Shown: positions 53,848 through 62,604 of the stretch, one piece after another
Layout: every line of letters starts with the position of its first letter
Numbering within the stretch: position 1 is the stretch's first letter
From: a virus
DNA: 64,000 nt
Virus record (IMG/VR): IMGVR_UViG_3300047444_000198
Span: 12,396-76,395 of that record
Direction: 5' to 3' (one strand)
Program-made: the position numbers and the translations under genes
The notes under the pieces: generated by a model
What the model saw: the letters and a program-made list of their open reading frames with translations, nothing else
The model's database searches: none
Told to the model about the DNA's origin: nothing

Positions 53848-54915
53848 TCAGGTGTACGGATACGCCTCGGTCGTAGGCGTCTTGATGTGCACGGCGTTAT
53901 CACCCTTGGACGTGAGCATGACACGACCACCAGGTGCCCTCTTGAACGGCCCCTTGGCCTCGTTGATGTCGGTGTAGTGCAGCACTGGTACGAACTGGTG
54001 GCTCCAGGTACCACGGGTCTCATGCTCTGACGCTGAAGCCAGGCGATGGTGCCCGCCCGCGAGCATGCGCTTGCCCTCGGTGCCCTTGACGCCCTCTGCT
54101 TGACCGACAGCCTCGCTGAGTCTGATGGGTGACTGAACCCCCTCCTTGCCGATCGACTCGTGCAGAGTGACGCCGGTCTTGGCCTCGATGTGCTTGTAGT
54201 TGGGCTCGTCGTTGGAACCAACGCCTGACTGGTCACTGTCGTAGGTCCAACGCGACGACTGGTGGCCGATCATGTGCCGGTTCCTGATCACCTTCGATGG
54301 CACACCAATCTGCTGCCCCAACTCAAGATCATCCTCGCTGACGTGACCCTTCGACTCGCTCAGCTTGCGGGCGTACAGCGCCGAGTCCGTCTCCGGTGCG
54401 TCGTGATAGGAACCACCACCTTCCGAGCGCTGGACCCAGTGCTCATGCGGCGCACCTCCTGAGTGCGTGCGCCCGAACTCCTTCCGGTGCCCCGCTTCTC
54501 CGGTGTAGGGCGACGAGCCCGACCAGGTACGCCGGTCCCCCTGGGTGCCTTCTCTGATGGTGCGGTCGTTATCCAGGGGTTGGTACCCGGCGTGGATCTC
54601 GGACGGCGTCATGAACATCTTCAACTGTTCGCCCTTGGATGCAGCGGGAGAGTCAGGCTGGCGGTACTCACCCTTGCGTGACGCCATGCTCGCTGCGGTG
54701 TTGGCAGCCAGCCGCTCCGTGGTCTGCTCCGGGGTCTCGAAGTGCCCTCCAAGGGTCTCCCGGTGCACACCAGGCTGCTCCGGACCCTGGTTGGCGCGGG
54801 CCTCCTTGTAGTCCTGGTGCTCCTCGAAGGCGGCGGCTGCCTCAGCAGGCCTGCCTCGCTGACCCATGCGACGACGCTGGGACATGAACTGATCGACACC
54901 CCGGGCTTGCATCAC
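53848..54915 (-). CDS. Protein with C-terminal ParB/Srx-like domain
   Basis: LHESIGKEGVQSPI...LAGGHHRLASA...FVPV. Confidence 0.7.
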   Translation of the reverse strand: MMQARGVDQFMSQRRRMGQRGRPAEAAAAFEEHQDYKEARANQGPEQPGVHRETLGGHFETPEQTTERLAANTAASMASRKGEYRQPDSPAASKGEQLKMFMTPSEIHAGYQPLDNDRTIREGTQGDRRTWSGSSPYTGEAGHRKEFGRTHSGGAPHEHWVQRSEGGGSYHDAPETDSALYARKLSESKGHVSEDDLELGQQIGVPSKVIRNRHMIGHQSSRWTYDSDQSGVGSNDEPNYKHIEAKTGVTLHESIGKEGVQSPIRLSEAVGQAEGVKGTEGKRMLAGGHHRLASASEHETRGTWSHQFVPVLHYTDINEAKGPFKRAPGGRVMLTSKGDNAVHIKTPTTEAYPYT

Positions 54916-55126
54916 TGCAACATCAAACCAATGGCGACCAGGCAGAGTCCAGCGTCCACCAGCGCCGGAGTCCAGCCCCAGTACGCCGCTCGTGGCTCAG
55001 GACCAGGGTTGCCCCCGAAGATGTGAGCGAGCGCCGCGATACCGAAGAGGATCGCTGCGATCAGAAAGAGAACATCAGCGGTGCCGGTGTTCCCTGATGC
55101 GATGTCAGCTAGCAACATGGTTCCTC

Positions 55127-56041
55127 CTAGTGTCTCTCGTACTTGCGTCCGAGATGGCTGCGCCCCGAAGGGAACACTGCGTCCTGGTGTAGCTGGCTCT
55201 TGGCGGTGAGGCTGGTGTTCCCACCCGTCGCCTCGGCGTGAGCTTGAGCACGGTTCCAAGACCCTCGACCTGGTGCTGGCGAGCCCCAGTTGTCCCGGTC
55301 ATCACTGGGATCGTTGGGGTTGATGGGGAAGATCTTGTCGCCCACTGACCAGGGCATGAGCGACAACTGCTCCGGCGTCCGGCCCTTGGGCTGCGTCACT
55401 CGCTCCGTGTTGGTCTGCACCATCGACTTGGGCGTGATCTCCATGGCCGGATCGAACTGCTGTTGACTCAGCGCCACGTCGTGCGGATGCACTGCATAAC
55501 CCTGGCTGTGCGCCTCGGCTACGTCCTGATGCCAGGCCCGGAGGTTCTGCGAGGGCCGTGGTACCAGCGCACTCTTGCTGCCGGTGTCCTCGAAGGCGTT
55601 GGGGTAGGCGACGGGACGGCCAGCGCGCAGGTGCTGGGCGATCTGGGTCACCTCGGGAGCGTCCTTGATACTGGTCGCCATCGCCACGTCGTGCGGGTGG
55701 TACGTCAGCCCCGCCTGGGCGATGTTGAGGTTGGAGTCCGACGTGGTCTGCATGGCCGGGGTCTGGGTCATGCGCCGAGCCCAGATGCGCCCACCGCTAG
55801 GCATGTCACTCTGAGAAGACTTGTCCGTGGGTGACGTGTTGGCTGACACCTGAAGCAGCCGGTCTGAAGCTGCTGTCTGCGTGCCGACGTGGGCGTACTC
55901 CCCCTGCTGCCAGTCGGCACGGTGCGAGGCGTGGAACACGGTGCTGCGGCTCTTGGCCCACTGGTTGAAGGGAAGCTGCCCGGGATGCTCAGCAGCAGGC
56001 GCTGCCTGCCCTCCAAGGTCGAAGGAGAGTTGATCAGCCAT
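55127..56041 (-). CDS. ADP-ribosyltransferase-like protein (polyvalent-protein ART type)
   Basis: VFHAS...HVGT..AA..R...Y.N..ED.GS.S..V. Confidence 0.55.
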   Translation of the reverse strand: MADQLSFDLGGQAAPAAEHPGQLPFNQWAKSRSTVFHASHRADWQQGEYAHVGTQTAASDRLLQVSANTSPTDKSSQSDMPSGGRIWARRMTQTPAMQTTSDSNLNIAQAGLTYHPHDVAMATSIKDAPEVTQIAQHLRAGRPVAYPNAFEDTGSKSALVPRPSQNLRAWHQDVAEAHSQGYAVHPHDVALSQQQFDPAMEITPKSMVQTNTERVTQPKGRTPEQLSLMPWSVGDKIFPINPNDPSDDRDNWGSPAPGRGSWNRAQAHAEATGGNTSLTAKSQLHQDAVFPSGRSHLGRKYERH

Positions 56042-56772
56042 CAGAACAACGTCCCCTGCTCAGGTTGGGGCTGCTCTGGTGCGGGCCGCGACCCACGGAT
56101 CATGTTCCGAGCGGTGCTGCGCCCCTGCATCACCTCTTGGTGACTCAACCTCTCAGCCCCGGTGGGGTCGAACCCGACAGGATCGGTGCGGAACTGTGTC
56201 TGGTTGGTGATGCTAGGCGCGTCCCCTCCAACGATGCCCCGACTCTGGAGATGCCCCACCAGGGCTGCGCTGTGCTGGGACAGGTCGGTGGAGGGTGTGA
56301 GGCTCCGGCCATGCTCTTGAAGGGTCCGGTTCTGTGCGATGCCCAGCATCGTGAGGGTCATCGGCCGAGCTTCCTTGGTACCGATCATGGTGTGCACCGT
56401 GGACGAACCCGGCTTGTACTCCGTCCCGAAGAGCCTCTGCTGCCCACCCTCCAACACCGGCTTCATCAGTTCAGACTCAGCGTCGTTCATCCCCCCATGC
56501 TGAGCACGCTCCGCTACGTAGTCCTGAGGCAGGTCCGAGACGTGCCAACGACCACTGCCCTGACCACCACCGCTGCTCATGGCGTAGGAGTATTCGTCAG
56601 GCTGATGGAGCACGTTCATCGTCTGATGAGCTTGGAAGCCACGCGGGGTCTGATGAACGTAGCTGTAGGTGTCGAGCCCGAGACCCGAGCTAGCTGAGAA
56701 CTCAGACCGAGCGAACACAGCACGCTGCGACCTGGACCCGAAGCTCCCGAACTGTGAGCCCTTGGGGTTCAC
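56041..56772 (-). CDS. Hypothetical protein, possibly divergent GNAT fold
   Basis: N-terminal MNPKGSQF, internal QQRLF, C-terminal QGTLF. Confidence 0.55.
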   Translation of the reverse strand: MNPKGSQFGSFGSRSQRAVFARSEFSASSGLGLDTYSYVHQTPRGFQAHQTMNVLHQPDEYSYAMSSGGGQGSGRWHVSDLPQDYVAERAQHGGMNDAESELMKPVLEGGQQRLFGTEYKPGSSTVHTMIGTKEARPMTLTMLGIAQNRTLQEHGRSLTPSTDLSQHSAALVGHLQSRGIVGGDAPSITNQTQFRTDPVGFDPTGAERLSHQEVMQGRSTARNMIRGSRPAPEQPQPEQGTLF

Positions 56773-56969
56773 GTGCCCCGCTTCTTTCTCGTTGCCGCTG
56801 CCTTCTTGGCCATGTCACTCCGGGCCTTCGGTCCCTTCGCCGCCTCGTTGCTGATCGCTGCCGCCTTGCTCTTGTTCGCCTGGGACTCCGGGTTCTTGCC
56901 CTGCTCCTTGATGGCCTCGTACTGGTCCGGCTTCTTGATCGAAGGACCAGGGTCTTTCCCTCCGGGCAT
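56769..56969 (-). CDS. Small basic protein
   Basis: MPGGKDPGPSIKKPDQYEAI...KSKAAAISN, resembling small actinobacterial basic proteins. Confidence 0.55.
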   Translation of the reverse strand: MPGGKDPGPSIKKPDQYEAIKEQGKNPESQANKSKAAAISNEAAKGPKARSDMAKKAAATRKKRGT

Positions 56970-57180
56970 CAGATTCCTCCTTCTCCGTCTCGGTCCTCTG
57001 TTCCATGGACTGGATGTACAACACGAGGAACGCCCCAAGTAGGAGAGCGCCGAGGGTAAGGAGAACGGTGGCCGCACCGAGGTTGCCCTGCGGTCCGATG
57101 TCCGCAACCAACCGCACTCCCGCGATGATGCAGACAGCGGCGACCAAGACGAGGGGCCACCTCCCCAGCGCCTTCCACAT
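56815..57180 (-). CDS. Holin candidate
   Basis: Two transmembrane segments, immediately downstream of the endolysin. Confidence 0.55.
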   Translation of the reverse strand: MWKALGRWPLVLVAAVCIIAGVRLVADIGPQGNLGAATVLLTLGALLLGAFLVLYIQSMEQRTETEKEESDARRERPWSFDQEAGPVRGHQGAGQEPGVPGEQEQGGSDQQRGGEGTEGPE

Positions 57181-57186
57181 CAGCCA

Positions 57187-58083
57187 TCAAGCACCCTGAT
57201 AGAAGTTGTCATCGGTCCAGTCCACCTTGTCACCAGTGGGCTTGGGGCCGACGAGGGTGATGGTGTTCAACTCAGCCTGCTTGCGATGGATGACGTCCGT
57301 CCCATCGATGCGAGGCGTGACGTTGTCAGGCTGGAAGCCGATCAGCTTGTTGAGTTCGGGTCCCAGGTAACGCATGAAGTGGATGATGCCTTTGTTGTCA
57401 GCGTCCCCGGCGAACCGGGCGTAGGCGTCGTCCACGATGATGAGGGTGTTCACGAGGTCGTTGCCTCCTGGTGTCGGCGTGGGGGTAGGTGCGGGAACAT
57501 TCCCGGCCTGGATGATGCTGGGTAGCAACGGATAGAGGACGTTGCCCGGGCACGCCGTGGCACCCACGTCCCGGTGTCCGTACCACCCAGGCTGCCCACG
57601 AGAGATGGCCCGTGCTAGCACGTCATCGGTGAGCCGTCCGCTGCCGACCATCCACGCCAGCCACGCCTGGAAGACAGCTACAGCCTCAGGTGTCGGCTCG
57701 TGGTTGTAAGGAGGGTGGAAGAAGCCGATGAAGCAGATGCCAATAGACGAGCTATTGAACGCCCGTCCCGTCGAGGGATCAGGCGCCACTGCATGGCAAC
57801 CCCTGGTGTCACCGAAGCCGCCATGGAGCACGCCAGTGGGGTAGACGAGATAGTTGTACTCGATGGCTGCACCGTCACGACCCTCTCCGTAGCTCTCGAT
57901 CTGGCGGCTGAACGCCTCCTCCTGGCCCGCAGGAGGCTGGTTCGAGGCCGAGTGATGCACGACCAGCTTGGTGCACGGCGTGATCGTGGGACGCCCGTTG
58001 GCAGGGTCGTACCGGGAGGCGAAGCGAGCGCCCCAGTCAACCGGAGGGACAACGAAGGCCGGGGCGTCGGGACACCACGTCAC
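57187..58083 (-). CDS. Endolysin, N-acetylmuramoyl-L-alanine amidase (PGRP/Amidase_2)
   Basis: VVHHSA, YNYLV, GCHA, SIGICFIG, GHRDVGATACPG zinc ligands. Confidence 0.9.
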   Translation of the reverse strand: MTWCPDAPAFVVPPVDWGARFASRYDPANGRPTITPCTKLVVHHSASNQPPAGQEEAFSRQIESYGEGRDGAAIEYNYLVYPTGVLHGGFGDTRGCHAVAPDPSTGRAFNSSSIGICFIGFFHPPYNHEPTPEAVAVFQAWLAWMVGSGRLTDDVLARAISRGQPGWYGHRDVGATACPGNVLYPLLPSIIQAGNVPAPTPTPTPGGNDLVNTLIIVDDAYARFAGDADNKGIIHFMRYLGPELNKLIGFQPDNVTPRIDGTDVIHRKQAELNTITLVGPKPTGDKVDWTDDNFYQGA

Positions 58084-58219
58084 TCCTCCTCCTCCTCGGG
58101 GCTCACCTGGCCGTACTCGTCCTCGTCGTACACTTCCAAGGGCACTGACACTGACGGGTCGTCACCCTTGTCAGTGTCAGTGCTCTCTTCACGCCGACGC
58201 GGTGGCAGTCGTTGACTCA

Positions 58220-58774
58220 TCACATCCTCCCTTGTCCGGCGTACGAGACGCCGACCTGGGCTCGTCCGGTGCTCCACGGTGGAGCCTGTGCCATCAGCGC
58301 ACCGCGACGATCGGGATTGATGGGGCTCCACGCCACCGTGCGACCACGTGGGATGCCACGAGGACCCACCGTCTGCTGGTCCCACTTCGCGTCGCCCGTC
58401 ACCTCGGCTCCAAGGCCTGGCGGGGCGAACTTCACCCCTGCTGACTCCATCATGAGCCCAGTCATGGGGCCGAACTCGACGGGCCAGAAGTAGTCCGAAC
58501 CGTCGATCTTCTCGCCCTTGTGCACACCCCTCGCGTAGGGCCGCTTCTGCGACCGGTCGATGAGGTTCTGCTCCAAGCGATCACGACGCCGGGACTCCAA
58601 GGTGCCCAGGTAGCCGTCCGGATACGTGGCCTCCGGCGTAGCCCGCCACGCCGAGCGCTTCTCATCGAGCACGCTGCGGAAGTACGGCTGCGGCCCGCCC
58701 ATCGTGGGCACGTTGAACGGAGCATCACCAGCAGGGTAGGCCCGTGATTCTTGCCACTGAGAGAAGCTAGGCAT
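58220..58774 (-). CDS. Hypothetical protein
   Basis: EATYPDGYLGTL...RGVHKGEKID; located in the late region. Confidence 0.6.
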   Translation of the reverse strand: MPSFSQWQESRAYPAGDAPFNVPTMGGPQPYFRSVLDEKRSAWRATPEATYPDGYLGTLESRRRDRLEQNLIDRSQKRPYARGVHKGEKIDGSDYFWPVEFGPMTGLMMESAGVKFAPPGLGAEVTGDAKWDQQTVGPRGIPRGRTVAWSPINPDRRGALMAQAPPWSTGRAQVGVSYAGQGRM

Positions 58775-58851
58775 CTACCAGCACCTTCCCGCTGGCCCTG
58801 TCCGTGATTGTTACGTCATCAAGTGATCCATACTTGCCGCGGGATACTACC

Positions 58852-61800
58852 TCAGGTGCGGATGATGTAGTTGACCGTGAGGTACGGCTGCACGTTGTCG
58901 CCCGAACCTTGGGCACTGATGCCGTGGAGATGGTCCGGCGCTCCCTGACCAGCGTCGGTCCAGCCGCTCACGCTGTGGGCGTGGTCTGCTGACTCAGTTC
59001 CAGTAGCAGCACTGACCTCAAAGATGCTGCGAGGTCCAGTGGTCACACCGAGAGTGCCTGCACCACCCTGAGCAAGGAGATTCGTGCTCTGGTTCCCGGC
59101 GTTGTGATAGTGCGCGGCGTTCCGGCCCGCGGTGGCGAAGTTGCTGGAGTGCTGATGAGCGAGCGAGCGGTCAGACGCTCCCGTATAGCCACTGTGGTTG
59201 TGTGAGGGCATGGTGGCCACGGTGGTACCACCAGCCTGCCCAAGAGCGGCGAAGTACCCGCCGTCCCTACCGACCGGGACCCGTCCGTTCAGGTTCGGGA
59301 CGTTGAACGTTGTTGAGCCATCACCGGCGCCGTATGCGGTACCACACACTGCGAACAGAGCAGCGTAAGTAGTGCGGCTCCGAGCAGCACCGTCACACAT
59401 CAGGTAGTTCGTCGGGGCTGTGCTCCCAGCGAAGGCCTGGATCACTCCGGTCGGCTGGTCAGGACCAGGAGGACCCACCGGCCCGCCAGGGTCACCCTTG
59501 TCCCCCTTGTCTCCCTTCGCACCACCCACTGGTATGACGGAAGCGAACGAACTCCCCCCACCGAGAGGGATACCCACGGCATTGGCGATGTTCGCCGTGA
59601 ACGTGAGGTAGTCACCTATCTGCATGTCGAACTGGCCGACAGCAGTCGCTTCCAGGTAGGTGCTCGCTGGACCTCCCGGCCCGACCACCGTCGCGATGGC
59701 CTGCTGGGTCCCGGCAGCGTTGTAGTGGATGATGCCCGCTCTGGTGTACTGAACCGCTGCGGTGGACCCGTTCCATGCCACCACCAGAGTCGCCTGGTAC
59801 CGTCCCTGCGCCTGGGCGACAACCTGCCTGTTGCTACCCGCCAACGTGAACGAAGTGGCACGTGTCGTCGCCCAGTCCAACGTGTATGTCACGTCGGTAC
59901 CAGGAGCAGCAGGCGTGGTCGCCACTGCACCGAACCAGGAACCACCAACGTTGGTGGCACTACCAGGCAGGCCAGGCGCTCCAGGATCACCCTTCATACT
60001 GCTCAGGTCTTCCAGCATGAACCGACTGCCACCATCGGTCCACACCACGCACGTAGTGCTCGACCCGGTTCCTCCTACGCCCAAGGTGTAGATGCCATCG
60101 ACACTGACGGTGATCTCCCACTCCCAGTTGATGGCGCCGTAGGTCTGCCCCGCCTTGAAGTACGCGTCCAGGCTGGCTGTAACGGTGCCCGGACCGGTGG
60201 CTGTTGACATACCAAGGCGCACGTACTGCGCCCAGTCGCCGTTCGTGTGGAAGGCACGGCTGTTGACTGATCCCCGATACCTGACCCCGGCACGCAGGAA
60301 GACGTTGCTGATCCGGTACATCTCCGTGCCCGGATACGTCGTGGAGAGAGTGAGACCAGCTATCGAGCCGTAGGCGATACCGATGACGCGAGAGAACTGC
60401 TGGGCCTGGGCGCTGCTGAAGATCGACCCCATGTCCACCCAGACCGAGCCGTTCCAGGTCCACAGATGCTGTGAGTCCGAGGCCAACCAGGTGTCATTGA
60501 TGTTGGCTGTCAACGGAAGGGTGTTGTAGGTAGTAACGGTACCTTTCACATTGATGCTGGCGCCTTGCGGCCCTGACCCAGCCCGCCAGATCGCCATCGC
60601 AGGACTAGTCGGATCAGTACCAGTACCTGCTGTGACAGTACCGAGTGTGAAGTTCGACCCGGCCTCGTGATAGAAGGCCAGCGCCACCTGATCGCCCTGG
60701 TTCAGACGTAGCTGACCGGAGATGGTGATTGACTCGTAGGCATGCTGCCGATTCGCCATGCTCCGAATCGCTACGACGCCGTTCACTCGAATGGCGAGGA
60801 AGGAACCTGCCGGGAAGACAACACCTGACGTACAGATCCACCCAGTGACGTCATACACACCAGTCGCCGGGATCGATATGCGTGTCGAGGTACCGTCAGG
60901 GGTGTAGGTGCTACCAAGTGCTACGTCCGTGGTGGGCAGAGCAAGCTCTGTCACCGTCGTGGTGGGGATCACATACGCCGTAGAAGCTCGCCGTCTGAAC
61001 CCATCGAACGTGCCACCCGGAGGGCCAGGGTCACCCTTGGTGCCGCCTACTGGTGTGATCTCCAACCAACTTGAGGTGACGTTGATGGTGAAGGCAGCGT
61101 TCGGGTTGACGAAGATCTGGATGATGTCCCCGACAGCACAGTCGAGGATTGTCTCGCCCGTCGCCACCGTCCACATCCCGTTGGCACCCAGCGGATTGTT
61201 CTGCCCTCGCGTCGCCTTGACCGTAGCTGTTGAGTCAAGATGACTTATCTGTGTGGAGATGATGGTTCCCGCACCACCGGAGTACCCACTGATCTGTGCT
61301 GCTACCCGGTACTTCCCCGCCTGCGTAACAATGATATTGGTACCACTAGCGTTGAAGGTGAAGCCGTTGTTCTGGATGGTGGGGTACAGCCACCAGATGA
61401 CGTTCTGCGTGTTGGCAGACATGGCTGGTGTACTGCTGCTCGCCTGGGCGTAGAAGTAGCTCGACTGAGCCTGCACGACACTGGGACCGACGTCACCCTT
61501 AGAACCACCGACCGGGATGATCGAGATAGACGTACCCGTAGTACTGATAGTTGCGCCCGCCCCATTCGGCTGCCATGACGCAACGATGTAGTCACCCACA
61601 GACATGCTGAACTGCGCTTCATGGCTGGGGCTAGTCCAGCCAGCCGCCGCCATCTGCGTGCCAACAAGATCATGCTGTGCGATCAACGATCCGATCGAGT
61701 TGAACTGCTCCAACCGAAGCTGGGCGTAGTTCATCGCGATGGAGTTGTTGACACTGGCCTCCACCTGCACCCGGTACCGGCCAGCCTGACTGGCGGTGAC

Positions 61801-62604
61801 CCGCTGGTTCGACCCCGCCAGGGTGAAGTTGTTGAGGAAGGAGGCGGGTGGGCTGGCAACCGCCCAAGTGATGATGTTCCAGGCCCCCGACGTATTCCCC
61901 GCCGACGCCAACGCGAGGTAGGCGTAGCTCGACTGCACCAACGTGACGTCAGGACCCTGCGGTCCCGTCAAACCAGCCGGACCTATCGCTCCCGACTCAG
62001 ACGTGACAGTGATCTGGCCTCGATTAACGGCGTACGTTCCCGCCGTGACCTGAGTGAGACGTACTTGCACCGTGATCGTACGATCACTCGGGCCGCACGA
62101 GACGATGCCAGAGCCAGCGAAGGTGGACCACCCGCTTGCTACGGCGCACGTGCCACCGATCTGCAAGCCCGGGATCGTCGTGTTCGGGGCCTGCATGTCG
62201 TAGGACTGAAGATCGGTGGTGCCGTTGAGCGTGCTCGCGGTACCAACCACATCAACGTAGACGTTGTAGTCCGTGAGCGCCTTGCCCGCCCATGTCACAG
62301 TGCCGATCACGGTGGCGGTGGTACCAATGGCTGCTGAAGGGACCAATGCCTGCTGCGCGACCAGTGTGGTACCTGATGCCCCACTAGCCGGTGTAGCCCA
62401 CGTCGTGTCGTAGTCAGTAGCCGAGCCCTTGACCAGCGCCTGACCTACCGTGCCTCCCGGTGGCACAGTGACTCGGCACCACCGCGTGCCGTCCGAAACG
62501 TACACACAGTCGTCAGTCGTGTTGTAGTACGTGTCACCGTTCGGACCTACCGGAGGAGCGGTAGCCCAAGGCGCAGCGTTGGTAGGTCCGTACTCTCGGG
62601 GCAT
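58852..62604 (-). CDS. Tail fibre with collagen-like linkers, repeated beta modules and C-terminal tail-collar domain
   Basis: G-X-Y linkers (KGDPGPPG); PTGVIQAFAGSTAP..YLMCDG...YAALF..GDGSTTFNVPNL; start MPREYG. Confidence 0.85.
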   Translation of the reverse strand: MPREYGPTNAAPWATAPPVGPNGDTYYNTTDDCVYVSDGTRWCRVTVPPGGTVGQALVKGSATDYDTTWATPASGASGTTLVAQQALVPSAAIGTTATVIGTVTWAGKALTDYNVYVDVVGTASTLNGTTDLQSYDMQAPNTTIPGLQIGGTCAVASGWSTFAGSGIVSCGPSDRTITVQVRLTQVTAGTYAVNRGQITVTSESGAIGPAGLTGPQGPDVTLVQSSYAYLALASAGNTSGAWNIITWAVASPPASFLNNFTLAGSNQRVTASQAGRYRVQVEASVNNSIAMNYAQLRLEQFNSIGSLIAQHDLVGTQMAAAGWTSPSHEAQFSMSVGDYIVASWQPNGAGATISTTGTSISIIPVGGSKGDVGPSVVQAQSSYFYAQASSSTPAMSANTQNVIWWLYPTIQNNGFTFNASGTNIIVTQAGKYRVAAQISGYSGGAGTIISTQISHLDSTATVKATRGQNNPLGANGMWTVATGETILDCAVGDIIQIFVNPNAAFTINVTSSWLEITPVGGTKGDPGPPGGTFDGFRRRASTAYVIPTTTVTELALPTTDVALGSTYTPDGTSTRISIPATGVYDVTGWICTSGVVFPAGSFLAIRVNGVVAIRSMANRQHAYESITISGQLRLNQGDQVALAFYHEAGSNFTLGTVTAGTGTDPTSPAMAIWRAGSGPQGASINVKGTVTTYNTLPLTANINDTWLASDSQHLWTWNGSVWVDMGSIFSSAQAQQFSRVIGIAYGSIAGLTLSTTYPGTEMYRISNVFLRAGVRYRGSVNSRAFHTNGDWAQYVRLGMSTATGPGTVTASLDAYFKAGQTYGAINWEWEITVSVDGIYTLGVGGTGSSTTCVVWTDGGSRFMLEDLSSMKGDPGAPGLPGSATNVGGSWFGAVATTPAAPGTDVTYTLDWATTRATSFTLAGSNRQVVAQAQGRYQATLVVAWNGSTAAVQYTRAGIIHYNAAGTQQAIATVVGPGGPASTYLEATAVGQFDMQIGDYLTFTANIANAVGIPLGGGSSFASVIPVGGAKGDKGDKGDPGGPVGPPGPDQPTGVIQAFAGSTAPTNYLMCDGAARSRTTYAALFAVCGTAYGAGDGSTTFNVPNLNGRVPVGRDGGYFAALGQAGGTTVATMPSHNHSGYTGASDRSLAHQHSSNFATAGRNAAHYHNAGNQSTNLLAQGGAGTLGVTTGPRSIFEVSAATGTESADHAHSVSGWTDAGQGAPDHLHGISAQGSGDNVQPYLTVNYIIRT

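Larger units (their letters stand above)
5101..58182. repeat. Dispersed exact 13-mer CACTGACACTGAC / GTCAGTGTCAGTG, 23 copies
   Basis: Starts at 5101, 9237, 9809, 13761, 16431, 18752, 18998, 23058, 28156, 28274, 31384, 32236, 33029, 34180, 35544, 37726, 42781, 43869, 45486, 53816, 53833, 58143, 58170. Confidence 0.95.
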
